This document shows positions 12,245-24,134 of a stretch of 64,000 nucleotides of DNA, in pieces. This DNA is from Curvularia clavata. Its lineage: Eukaryota. The translations under genes were made by a program, and so were the position numbers. Each line of letters starts with the position of its first letter. Position 1 is the first letter of the stretch. The stretch covers positions 2,418,001 through 2,482,000 of the forward strand of contig CP089279.1 of assembly GCA_023920165.1 (NCBI GenBank), written 5' to 3'. A model generated the notes under the pieces. The model was not told the DNA's origin. It saw nothing but the letters and a program-made list of their open reading frames with translations, and did no database searches.

Positions 12245-15200
12245 GGAGGAGTGGATGGCAGAGGGGTGTGCAAGAATGGGAGGAAGGGGATGGGCTGGGT
12301 GGGTGGGTTGGAGGAGCGATGACGGGATGGGAGGGAGGGAGGTAGTGGTAGGTAGTAATAGTAGCAATAGTGCGAGTGACGGGTACAGGCTGATGTATAG
12401 CAGAGCCAGGAATTCGGGCCTGCAGCATTCAAGTAGACGGTGGAGGGGATTGGCGAGATTCAGCACAAAGCCCGTTCGCACCGTAGCGTCGTCGGTGGAC
12501 CTGTCGTTCCCTGTTCAAATTGCGTTTGAGCGGGCGATGAGGCGGCGGACCGTTGGCAAAAACCCACGTCCAAGTGCACTTAGCCCGACGCTCAGTCCCT
12601 TGCAACGGCAATGCAGATGACAGACCAAGGCGGTTTAGAGTGAGGATGTGCACGACCCGTAGTAATGCCTTGGCCGAGCGATGCGCCCACACATGCCAGG
12701 CCGCCCAATCGACACTGCGCCGGCGCAGGAGCGCTTTTCGGACACAGGCAGACAGGGGTCCCGGTCGAGATCCAAGGACAGGCCGCGATGCACTGCAGAT
12801 CGACCGTTCCAGGAGAAACCCGAGGAGAATCCTCGTGGGCTGGTCGGAAGCAAGCAACCTGTGGGAGTGGGAGTGGGTACGCTGCTTGGATCGAGTGAAG
12901 GTCGGTACCCCCAGCACCTGGCTTCGGCGCGGATTAACCTTTGCCGAGTCCCTTCTTCGCACACGCACACACACACGCCGCTGCCGCCGCCAGATGACGA
13001 CTCAAGTCACCGTAGGGAAAGCCGTGCGTCGCCGACTGCTGCTCGAGGGCAGGGCTGAAGACTGCAGTGTGTCGTCGCTGCACGGGTCGTCAGGCTGTCG
13101 GCCGCGTGGTCGCAGTGCACACTATAGCTGTATCGGATTGTCGAGTCCAGACCAGATCCCGGCTGTGGTTCTCGCTTTCTCTTCCTTGTCCCCGTTTCGT
13201 GCAGTGGGGGGGGGGTGCGAGGGCAGCCTCAGGGCGTCGAGACAACACCACACGGGCTGACGAAGGATTGAGCAGGGGGGGTGTGAAGGGAAGGGGGGGA
13301 ACGGCAGAGACTGAAAGAGTCAAACATGAGACAAGCCAGATACGATTCTGCACGCTCAAGACGCTTTAAACGAGCCCACCACGAGCAGCCCTTGAATGTC
13401 GCCTATATCAAAAGGGTTGGACAGATGGTCCCGTCGCAAGCCAGAGCAGATGGGCTTGCCCTCGTCCCGCCAAAGTTTGGCTCATGGACGCAGACGGGGG
13501 CGGAAGCGAGCAAAAGCTCCCTAATGCTACCCACTACGGTGGTGACTTGTCCGCATGAGGACGGCCATGTGGGTGCAGCGAGCGACTGATTGGCGTCCAT
13601 CTGGCAAAAAGCGTGCACGGCATGCGAGAGCCGCTGGCAGAGGGCGTGATTTGCTGGTAATAATCGAGGGCCGTCGACGGCTGTGTGTCAGCGCCCTGAC
13701 AGCGCTGCTGCTGTGCACCGCAGAGCGAGGGGGGGTTTACTGCTAGTACTACTGTACGTACAGCACCGTAGCGTAGCATCCCCCCCAAAATGAAGAGGCG
13801 CCGGCGAGGCTGACTCGGGCTCGTCAGGGTCGTGTCCCCGGAGAATGAGCATGGCGGCTCACCGCATGTTGGTATGTCGTCGTCGTCGACGACGGCGGCG
13901 GCGACGGCGGGCGATACGCATCTCGGTTTCAGCATCATGGCAAGCGCGGGACGCCAAAGCGGCGCGACGGCTCCTGGCTTTTTCCAGCGACCGTCTCCGA
14001 CCCCAGCGCAGTACAGGCTTGATGTCGTTGGGGCGCCGCCAGGGCGGGATGGCGGCGTTGAGCCATGGCTTGGCCTCGTCCGACTGTGGAGGATCATTGA
14101 GAAAGAGGCGGGTCGATCAGCAGCAAGCGCATGCAACTAATTCCGGGGGGCCACGTTGGCTGTCACCCTCTTGGTCTTCACTCGTCGTAGCCGATTGACA
14201 TGCCGCCTCTTGTTCTCGAAGCTCCGCTGACACAGCAGAGACATGCCGCTAGCAAAGCCGAACTCTCGTCCCTTCGCCTCGCCGTCTCTGCCGCCCTTGT
14301 CCAGGCCAATCTGCTGCCATCGCGTGTACATGCAGGGCCGCCTCTACTCTGCATGCCACTGTGCTTAGCACACCCTACACCGTACCGCCGCCTGTGCGAC
14401 ACTCGACGTCTGCCGCCGCACGGCAAACCTGCGAACCTAGAATCACGTGCACGGACGCTCCCATCCAGCGTCGTCCGTTGATGGAAAATTTCCCAGCTCG
14501 GGCCACGACGCCCGCGACTCGCGCCCGCCCTTGATACCGTCACTTTGGGTTTCGCACACCATGCTCTTTGTGTCTACACTACATACGTACCTGTACTATG
14601 GGCGCCGCACGCGGATCTTGCCATGCTGCTCGCTTTGGGCTTTGCGCCTGAGCCACGTACGCGTACCCTCTTCACCTGTCCCCACCCACCCTGGCGCCCT
14701 CACAAGCCTCTCCGCCATGCCTTTCCAGTCGCTATGGCGCAGCCCTAGAATCGCTGCATGATCTCCCGGAAGAGCACCAACCATAACCGACTGTGTCTGA
14801 TCTCGGGGCGCGTGGGTTTGGCAGGGATACCGATACCTGGGCCGCATCGTGACCCGTCGTCAGCGGGAACACGCCTTCGTCCATCCATCACAATGCCTAT
14901 CCGACCGATCCTCTCGGCGTTTCATTTTCACAAACCGACATGGTGCAGCCATCTTCACCACCCTCACTTACCCCAGGCGCCTCCTCCGCACCTCGCTCTC
15001 GCAATGCTCTCGCTTGGCGCACTTGTATTGCTTCTCCTCGCATTGCACCATGGCTATCATCATCTCTCCATGAGCCACGCCAGGCCTAGATCCATTGCAT
15101 CCCAAGATGTTCCATCTCCCTTCCGCTCGGTCCACTCCCCTCGCCAGGGTATCCCGGCTAAAGTGTCTAGGCGAAGACTGCGCGGAGATGGCAAGGCTGC

Positions 15201-18200
15201 CTTAATTGCAAAGCTCTTATTGGCCCCTACTCCTGAAATAATTTGCTGATCTACCGGTCTTCTTCCGAATCGTATGAGGCCTCTGTATATTCTCTCTACT
15301 TGGGTACATGGGACCGCCATGACGCCGTCTGGGGGGGCCTGTGCCAAGGGCAATCCCATCGATAATCCTAGAAAACACCGAATTGGATATTCAAATCTCG
15401 CGTTAACCGTCATTTTTTACTCGCTGGGAAATGATATTCCGTATCTGACCTCTGCTGGCTCCACTTTACCCAATTCGCAATATCTATTTCGTTGTCACTT
15501 CTGTCTGGCATCTGCCAGCAAGTCCAAAAGGCCTCGTGCCTGACTTTACCCAACCGCGCATCGTTGACGTAGTGCTGGCCAAAGATTGACTTTCGTATCG
15601 ATCGTTTGCCTCCAGGATTTTCCTGGTAAGCTAAACACCCAGCCTGCTTACTCGTGTAAATTAGGCGAGGAAATGAGGTCAATTGGAAGTGAAGCGCAAC
15701 CGACTGATTGGAAATGTTTTTCAGGCAAGCCAAACCTGGTTAATCGAATTCTCTTCAAGAACACATGGTCTGCCCCAAGATCGATCGCTCTCAAAATGGA
15801 AAACTGATATTATAGACTCTTCTTCTCATTTCATCAGCACAGCGCCACGCCCAATTCGTATCAGCCATGGTTCGCAAGCATACATCCTCTCACTCAACCG
15901 AAATTGTCTTGGGATATCCCCGTCCCAGCTCCGGCTTTCCCACTACTTTGGTCTTCTTGCTATCATAACGACTCGCTCGTAATGGGGTACTCCTGTCTTC
16001 ACGTGTCATACATACTACATAGGGCCCGTTGTTTACTCCTTGCCAAAGGGGCCTCCACTCACCCTCCTCCTTGGAACCTGACAGAATTGCAAGTGCACTC
16101 AAGACTTGTCCCTGTCTTTCGGTGCCATTCCCATGCAAGTCACTATTTCGCAAGCGCCCTTCGGAGAGCAGGCATACTTTGTCCTCGTGAAACTTACCCA
16201 ATACCATGTCAGTGTTCTCTACCAGGTCACAGGGATGAGGATGACAGGGTAACTATTAAGACCTAGCGGCCCGAATGGGGCAACAGGATCCCAAAAAAGT
16301 CAACGGCAAGGCCAAACGGTCCAGTCCCGGGGTCATGTACCCTGTTCTGTCTTGTCCCTGTTAAGTATGTCTTCCGGATCCATTACGCCACGGCAAGGGG
16401 CCACGTAGATCAGTCCAGAGTCCTCTGCACCAACACGGCGAGATGTGCTCGGCTGACCGTGAGATTCCCCAGGATGTGACACAGCCAAGTCTCAGATCAG
16501 CCGGATCAGAGCAAATGTCCACCAATGCTGACTTGGCCGGATGACGGACGGAATGCAGTGCCCCTCGATTTTCCTGTCAGCTCCAGCCCATTGTGCATCA
16601 CAGCCGACGAAGATCCATTAGCAGGGTATTCGGTACGCCTTCCAGGAAGGGTTGCCACCGGTATTTACCGGAAGGATTCTTTTTCATCACCAGAGTGGAC
16701 ATCCTCCATCAACTGACTGGGTAGACGATGCAACATGCGGAGCGAGCTTATCGAAACCCTCCTGTTTCACCACCATCTGGACCTCGAGATCCACTCCGGC
16801 AAGCTATCAAAACCACTAGCCAGCAAAAAGACTTGAGCCGTTGCAAAAGCACAGTTAACTACGTATACGGGATGTGGAGGTTACGACCCCCCATGGCCTA
16901 GTCGGCACTGCTGCATCCCTTTTGCTGATCCAGCTGCATACGACATGGCGCTGTTACAAGAGTGGGCTGGAAAATGTGACAATAAACTATGCGAACAACA
17001 TCACTGGGTAGGCTGGTGCTCCATTTTCCTAGCCCTGGTCGACACATCTCGGCCTGACCCACCAAACGTCCGCGTCGGCTTGCCTCACTCCCCTGTCACT
17101 GCAGAAATCGTTAGCTCTCCCTCCACCATGTGGCTGGCGTTCGGCAAGTCGATTCGTTCAACCAACGTGACAGGACGTTAGCATCGTTCTCGCGTGTGCC
17201 ATGCACGCGCTACTGTCCACACCATGAGAGCAATGATTACCGATCTAGGCTTAACGGCTGCGTGGATGACTTTGGATTTACCCCCAGGGTCGGATCTCGT
17301 ACAGCCCGGTACTTTGGTGGGTGATCCCCCTGTTTTCCCAGTTGAAGCTGCCAGTGCGACTGGTACCAGATCCAAGTTGCTGTACGACGCGTGGCTTATC
17401 TCGCAGCCACACACAGCTTTCTTCTGAGAAATGGTACGACGTCTGCATATAGCTTATATCTGGCTACTCACTATGCACTCTTGATCGTGACCAAGCGAGG
17501 AAATCAATGTTGAGTATGATCCCATTGCGAGAAAAAGGAACGTGTCCATCCGCTCCGAGGACGATCAGCAATCATAGTGCAACGGGGTCGGTCAAGGAGA
17601 GTTTCGTTCATTTTTGTGGTGGATTCAGACGTGCATAATGAACGCAGGACCAAGCTCAACGAGTTCCCCGCTGTCCATGCGCCTAAACAATGGGCCAAAT
17701 CTCACGCTGGAGCTTTGGCCTTCGGCATTAGTGACCGTTGCAGTTGCTTCTTCATCATCTGCGTCTTTTCCCTTCTCCTCACAACAACGTCTATCTACAG
17801 GGAGAATTGGATAGCCATAGATTAACTATCACATCGACGATGTGAAGGAGTCGAAGGATTGGATCGCAAGATCAGCCCGATGACCCACGACACGTCAATC
17901 ATCACCCATGTTCTGCGTTTGAACTTCGGCATCTAATCCTTACATACTTAGCAGGCGTGACTTCCGGAGCTACGGGCAGATCCCCATCCCTCCTGTGCAG
18001 CAAGGGAAATGATCACGGACGAACGTATCCGTCTATGGCTTTGGGACCAGTCAGTTCATGTCGGCACGCGCGCCCCTTTTGCAGTCAGTGAAGCCTCCCG
18101 CCGCAACCCAAGTTGCAGGTACTGTCACATGTGATGACCGAACCCGAGCTGGGGTATTAAGATGCCAGGGCTTGCGACAAAGTCCAGGGGTGATACCAAA

Positions 18201-20587
18201 AGAAAGTCACGGTGGGGAGCGATGTACCAGTCCAGTGACTTGCTGGGTTCGCATAGTGGTCGCGCTTATGGGGCCTTGCTATAGCATCTTCGGAGCTACC
18301 GTTGCATCTGGGTACGGAGCTTTGCCTGTCGCCGAGAAAGATTGCGCAGCAGGCAAGCTTGGTTAAAATGACGGTCGCAAGGCAAAGGCGGGGCGCAAGA
18401 TCACTGTCGCCGCCGTCGTTCGGCCCTTCGCAACGTGGATGACCATCAGCAGATCCACACCTCATCAACCTGGCTGTCGGGAGATGCCCGAGGCCGCAGT
18501 GATGTGTTGACGTGGACACCAGTCTATCGAAACCTAATCTCTAACACTACACCTCGTTTACTTGGTGATGGGCATGCAATGCCCGCCAGCTCATGCAGCC
18601 CGTGGATCATGAACATGGGCTTCAGCCTATTGCCTTACCTGTTATGAGTAAGCTCAAGGCAAGCCTAATCAATCACTGGAATGGCCTCTTTTTTTCTTTC
18701 TGTCAGTTCTGCAGGCCTTAGTGCAGCATCACGCATTCTGGACCCCGGAGAACGTCCGAACGGGCGTAGTATGGCACCGTCGTGGTCGAAGGACCGCAAC
18801 CACCACGATTCTCTGGGCCCCCTTGCTGTTACATCGCCGAACAGTGCCCTCCTCGCGTGGCTTTTGATCGAGCAGCACCGAACAGGCTAACGCCAGTGTA
18901 GTGCACATCATAATGTCCCTTAAATTTTTTAGTTACCGGGGCTTTTCCCTTCCCACGAACCTCCCGTGCTTTCCGTACCCTCCCTTGCTGACGAGATGCT
19001 GACACAGGACAGGGACGATAGCCGATGGAAGCGTGGATCTGCAGTTTCCTGCAGTTTTAATCCTGATATCGGTCGGCAGAAGAGGGGGGAAGGTATGACG
19101 ACATTAACGGTCCACCCAACGTTCATCACCAAGGTAATGCCGGGAAGCGCCTACGCATCATGCAGCGTCATTGCCATCATGACCAAAAGTCCGATGTACC
19201 TACTTACGTAGGTACGTATGTGGCATTGCGAATGATACCTGGTTCACTCAGCCTCATCCCAGGAAAATAAGACGCAGTGAAATCACTCCGCTCTACGGCC
19301 GTAAAGACGTGTGGGATTGGAGAGGCTTGTGCGGCTAAACATTGCCTGCCCCCTTCTTTTCTCTATTTCTTTTTTTTTCCTCTGCATGCATAATTCATGC
19401 CTTTGAAACAAGGGCCCCTACATTACCTCCCTTATTGTAGATACGTGCAGTACATTGCCGGGCAAAAAGTAAACCCCCACACACTCGTATGTACCGTACG
19501 GCACATGCACCCCAGATCCGACCAATACCATACCCAAACGTGCTCGCGGCGAGTCCGATGATTTACTTTGTCTAGCTTGGCCTACATATGTACTGACTGT
19601 CTTTTTTTTTCACCTGCACACTGTCGAATATCCCGAGCTCCTCGGGCCTTTAACATGCCTATCTTATTACTACTTTTGGTTGCAACAAATTAAAAACTTT
19701 ACTTTGCTTACTTGGCTCCGTCAGCGAGCGGGTAAGCTCAGCCATGCACCTCTTCCCTTGGTGAACTACTTGGTCTATCTTTCTTTCTCCATCTGAGCAG
19801 CCTAGTTAGGCTGTGTATGCATATATGAAACTTCAAGGCGCACTTTTTCAAAAACAAAAGGAGTGGTGTACATATGCGCTGTGCATCACTTCTTTCCCTT
19901 TGCATTGACGATTTACGTCCTACTGCACATATGCCCCCGGTTGCCTGAGGCAGACGCAGACGTAAAGTTGCAGTAGCGCTTCCATGCCATGTCGCCGTAT
20001 GGTAACATGGCGTGTATGCGTTTGAGCAAGGAATAGCGGCACGTGTATGTAGGTAGATGTAGGCAAGTACAGTATATGCCGTATGATGCGTGTTGGAATT
20101 TGCTCAGCTGAGAACAGGGGACCAGGGTAGATCAGCTAGGTAAGATGGGGTAAATGCGGTTGTTGGGTCTTTTGCATGCCTCCTTGCCGGCCTTGCAGCT
20201 GTGTACTATAGTAGGTATGGTATACGGTTTTTTCTCTGGTTGGATGGATTTACGGGAATTTCTTTGGTCCCGAGGTGATGTACGACGTAGTTCACGTGGC
20301 TTAAATTTTTCTTTCTCTTTCTCTCTCTTGACGGTGTTGATGTCATTGTATGGCGGTTTGCCTCGCTATTCGCCGCCTTCCTCGGGCCGCAGCTTTTTCA
20401 GTTGCATATTTGCCGCGTGCGTCAGAACAAGTCCGTATCTACCACAGTACCAACCGCACACTCACATTCATGTGACCTCGTACAACCTTGTCAGACAAGC
20501 AGCCACTCAGCCTTACCCACCAGCTAAGAGAGCACAAAAAACCGCATCATGCGCAACATCTGCCGGATCGGCTTTTGTGGGTATGTC

Positions 20588-20636
20588 CTGATGCTGATGC
20601 TGACGCTGATCGGGATCGGGATCGGGATCGGGGATC
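20588..20636. repeat. Compound hexamer microsatellite (CTGATG)n(GATCGG)n
   Basis: ctgatgctgatgctgacgctgatcgggatcgggatcgggatcggggatc. Confidence 0.85.
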
Positions 20637-23600
20637 ATAAAGACAGACTGATATGGCGCGCTGAACGGTAAGCATTAGATGGTAGAGGCTGGCTGAGTTG
20701 TGGGTTTTTTTTTCGCGATCCCGAATTCCTGCCACGGGATATAGGTTCGATGTGTTATCCTATAGCCAGGGAATAGGGTGTCGAAGGAACTCCCGGTTGG
20801 GTGGGTATGGGGATGCGTGACGTGCTGCAGCTGTAGATCAAATTGTTGGTGCCCGAGTGGTGGGTGTACTGTGGAGAGACGGCGATGTTGTCGTTTGGCA
20901 TGGATACAATTTGTTCGGTTACACGAATTTCAATAGTGCTGCTGATGCTTTGCATAGAGGCATAGAGGGGTGTCGTGATTGGTGAAGGTAATGTTGTTAT
21001 GAGAACAAGTGATCAAGTGCAGTAGGTGTGGTTGGGTAAGCAGAGGAATTTAGCCAAAAGTGGGTTGCTTAAAAGTGGAGGCAGCAGAAAAGTATATAGT
21101 GCTTTGTAGTAAACGGCGACTACTTGTGCAGAGTGAAAGATGGATACATGAGAGATGGATTCTGGCCCTTTAGGCATCGGAGTAGTGTCGAGAGCGACGG
21201 GCGATTGATGTCACGAAGCGCTCAGTCATACCATCTATCACGCGTTCGTCTCCTATACTAATTCAATCAGCTGGCGTTGAGACCAACAAATTTTCCGTTT
21301 TCAAATTTGGTTATCTAATTTAACCTAAATACAGTTCAATTCTATATCGCTAATGTGTGTACAAACTTTATATTCTATGCGCATGATGGAAGAATAAATG
21401 TTTTAATTGTAGTTGGAGATGTTTGATATAATTGGTATACACGTTATGCAGAAGATCAATTTCAATCCAAATTGCTTTGTGCCTATACCGCCTCTACTTC
21501 TGAGATCAACACTTGGGATGCGTGTTGTGTGTAGACTCCTTACTCCTGTTTGGTCATGGCCATGCCTCGCCCGTCTGCTCGTAAGCGGATATAAATGAAA
21601 CGACATAGAATCGCTCTTGAAACATTTTTGTTTCAAGAGACTCGTAACTAGTGTACGTATGATGATAGCATGACTGGATTTCGACAGGCTTGTTACCTAC
21701 AGCATGAATACACTCGATTGAAAAAAAAGAATAACGTGAGTGATTTCAGAAGCACACACAGTGTGTATCGAGACTCAAACTTCGGACGAAGAGAACGGCA
21801 TGTAGGGTACTCTTTTTGGTTGTTTGGACTTTTTGTAATTATCCACAAAGAGGGTGTTCGTTACATGTGTGGGGAGGAGCACCTGGGAATTATTGTAGGG
21901 CAACTCAAGAGCAAAATTCAGCCAGTACAGAATTTCTTGTTCTTTGAGAGAATATGGAGCCTTTTTTGGATTCTCTCAAGCTGGTGGCATGAAAACTCAT
22001 GGCTTAAGGGGGCGAAATAAATGTCCCGGAAGCATATAACGGAAGTGACTAGCAATACATTGGAATCTAGATATCGTTCAATTCAAATAAAGCCAAAGTA
22101 ACAGGATTTGATTTTGCTTTCAAGTTTCGTGTGGGATACGAAAGTACACAGAGTTGCCCCAAAAGATTTGGTGTAGAAACATTTTTGTCATGTTAGATAG
22201 GGTTAAATATGAACGAGCTGTATCGATAACATTGGAGGGCGACGCATATTCTTGGTACAATGACGGCTTTGGAAGACAGTAAATATTACATCTACGATCC
22301 AAAGTGGGTCCATGATGGTGTACGCATGGTTGGCTATATATTCTCAAAATGCAATATACGCTTGCGGGTACTTGATATCTCCATGTTCACAAAACAGTGG
22401 GATAACTATTCCGATAATTATCTCAGTGGTGAATTGATGAAACGGAAGAATGTGAATAGTCAGGGACCTTGGGGTCCATAATATTGCTCTGAGTACGTAA
22501 CTGCTATTTTGCATTGTGATTTCTTTTGCTGCATGCTCCTAGCTGCGAAGTCCTTTTTTGAGGCCCGAACTCACCGACGATGATTCTGCTGGAAAGTTTT
22601 TCTTCTGTCGTGACCTGATAAGATATGCTGTTACTATTGATCTAGTCAACATTTCGAGCATCTCTCTGTCGACAGTTTATGTGTGAACACACGACGACAA
22701 TGAAGTAACACTGGAAATCAATACTGCAAGCCACGCTTCGCACTAATTCATTCGGTCGCTAGAGCAAGCAATACAACGATAGATGCATTCCACCAGGTCT
22801 CATACGAGAGCTCAAACTTACACGCCGAATAGATCACATGTATTATTACTTTTATGGTGGGAATGTGTGGTTATCAACCTTGCGAACCACATCCCAAGAG
22901 TTCGAAGATGTGACTGGCGTATCTAGAATTGCTGTAAAATGCAATATACTGTTGATCTGTGTGCGCAAATCCCTAGAGTAAACTGTCGTCGAGACTGGCA
23001 GAGTAGCACAAGGAGGTGTATCGGAGATAGCGCGAATCTAATCTCCGCACTAGCGTGGACCCTATCATGACATCTCGTCCTTCTCCAAGACCATGGTGAA
23101 GGATATGCGGATGATGTTAGTAAGCGTTACTGTTGAATCTCTTCCCATGGTGTTATGGTTCCGGGGCCTGGACGGTACTCGCGTGGGTTTACAGCATGCA
23201 CTGATACTCATGGTTACCTTGACGCATCTTCACGGCGCGATAGTAGTTCCTATAGTCGTAGCCAGGAGATTTCGGACACAGACACTCGCATGACCGCATT
23301 GACATGCAGAGCGGCGAGCATTGCAAATCATTCCTTATCACAATTTGTGGGTAAATCCAGGGCTTGTTGAGGAACTTGTATGCTAAGCGTGTTAGTGCTG
23401 CATTCCCTGCGCTAGTGTCGGTAGTTGGCATGCACTTCATGTACGTCTTGACGAAGGACAGACGTCTGAGAAAGCCCGTGGGGCTCTGCGAGCGATTTTC
23501 TGCTATGTACCTGCCGGATGCAAGTAGTCTGTAGAGGATGAGGGTCGATGCGGATATGAAGCGGGGCGGCATGGCGAGGCATAAGAAGGTCAGAAGGTGG

Positions 23601-24134
23601 GCCAGATTCTAGTCACCCAAAGTTCAGGGCCCGCCGCATCAGGGCGGCAGCAGGCAATGTACTTTGGCAAGTTTCAGGGTGCGCCAATAGGACGTGTGCA
23701 AGCGGTAAGCAGAGTACGGTGAAGAGGGTTGATGGAACAATGCGGCGAGGGCAGCCGTAAGCGCAAGCAGGACTAGGGCGGGCGAAAACGAAAAACGTGC
23801 ACCCAAGCGGCGCTTTGACCCGTGGGCAAAATAATAATTTACTTCCGCGCCCGACTGTACACGCCGGCCCCTCGACGCTCTCTCCAGCGTGCCTTGTCAA
23901 CTCTCTTTCTTCACTGCTTCTTTGTTTTGTATAGACTCTCCACTCTTCCCCAGGGGCGTCTCTGCACATTTGATACCCGCGTCTCTGCGCTCTTTTTTTT
24001 CTCTACGCTGCTGAGCACTACCGGCGCCTCAGCTGCGGGCCTTGCCTGATATCGATAAGGAAAGCCCCTCCAAAAAAGAAATCCCTCGTTGCGCTCCCAA
24101 GGAAAAAGTGCAGTGCACCACTCCCCTCAAGCAG

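Noticed and set aside
12245..12481. N-terminal 79 aa of the 491-aa flbC ORF call
   Set aside because: Starts at GTG and is low-complexity leader-like sequence; the first in-frame ATG is 12244.
12553..15249. Many overlapping 100-235 aa ORFs upstream of flbC
   Set aside because: GC-rich, Arg/Pro/Ser-biased frames on both strands with no domains or splice-consistent structure.
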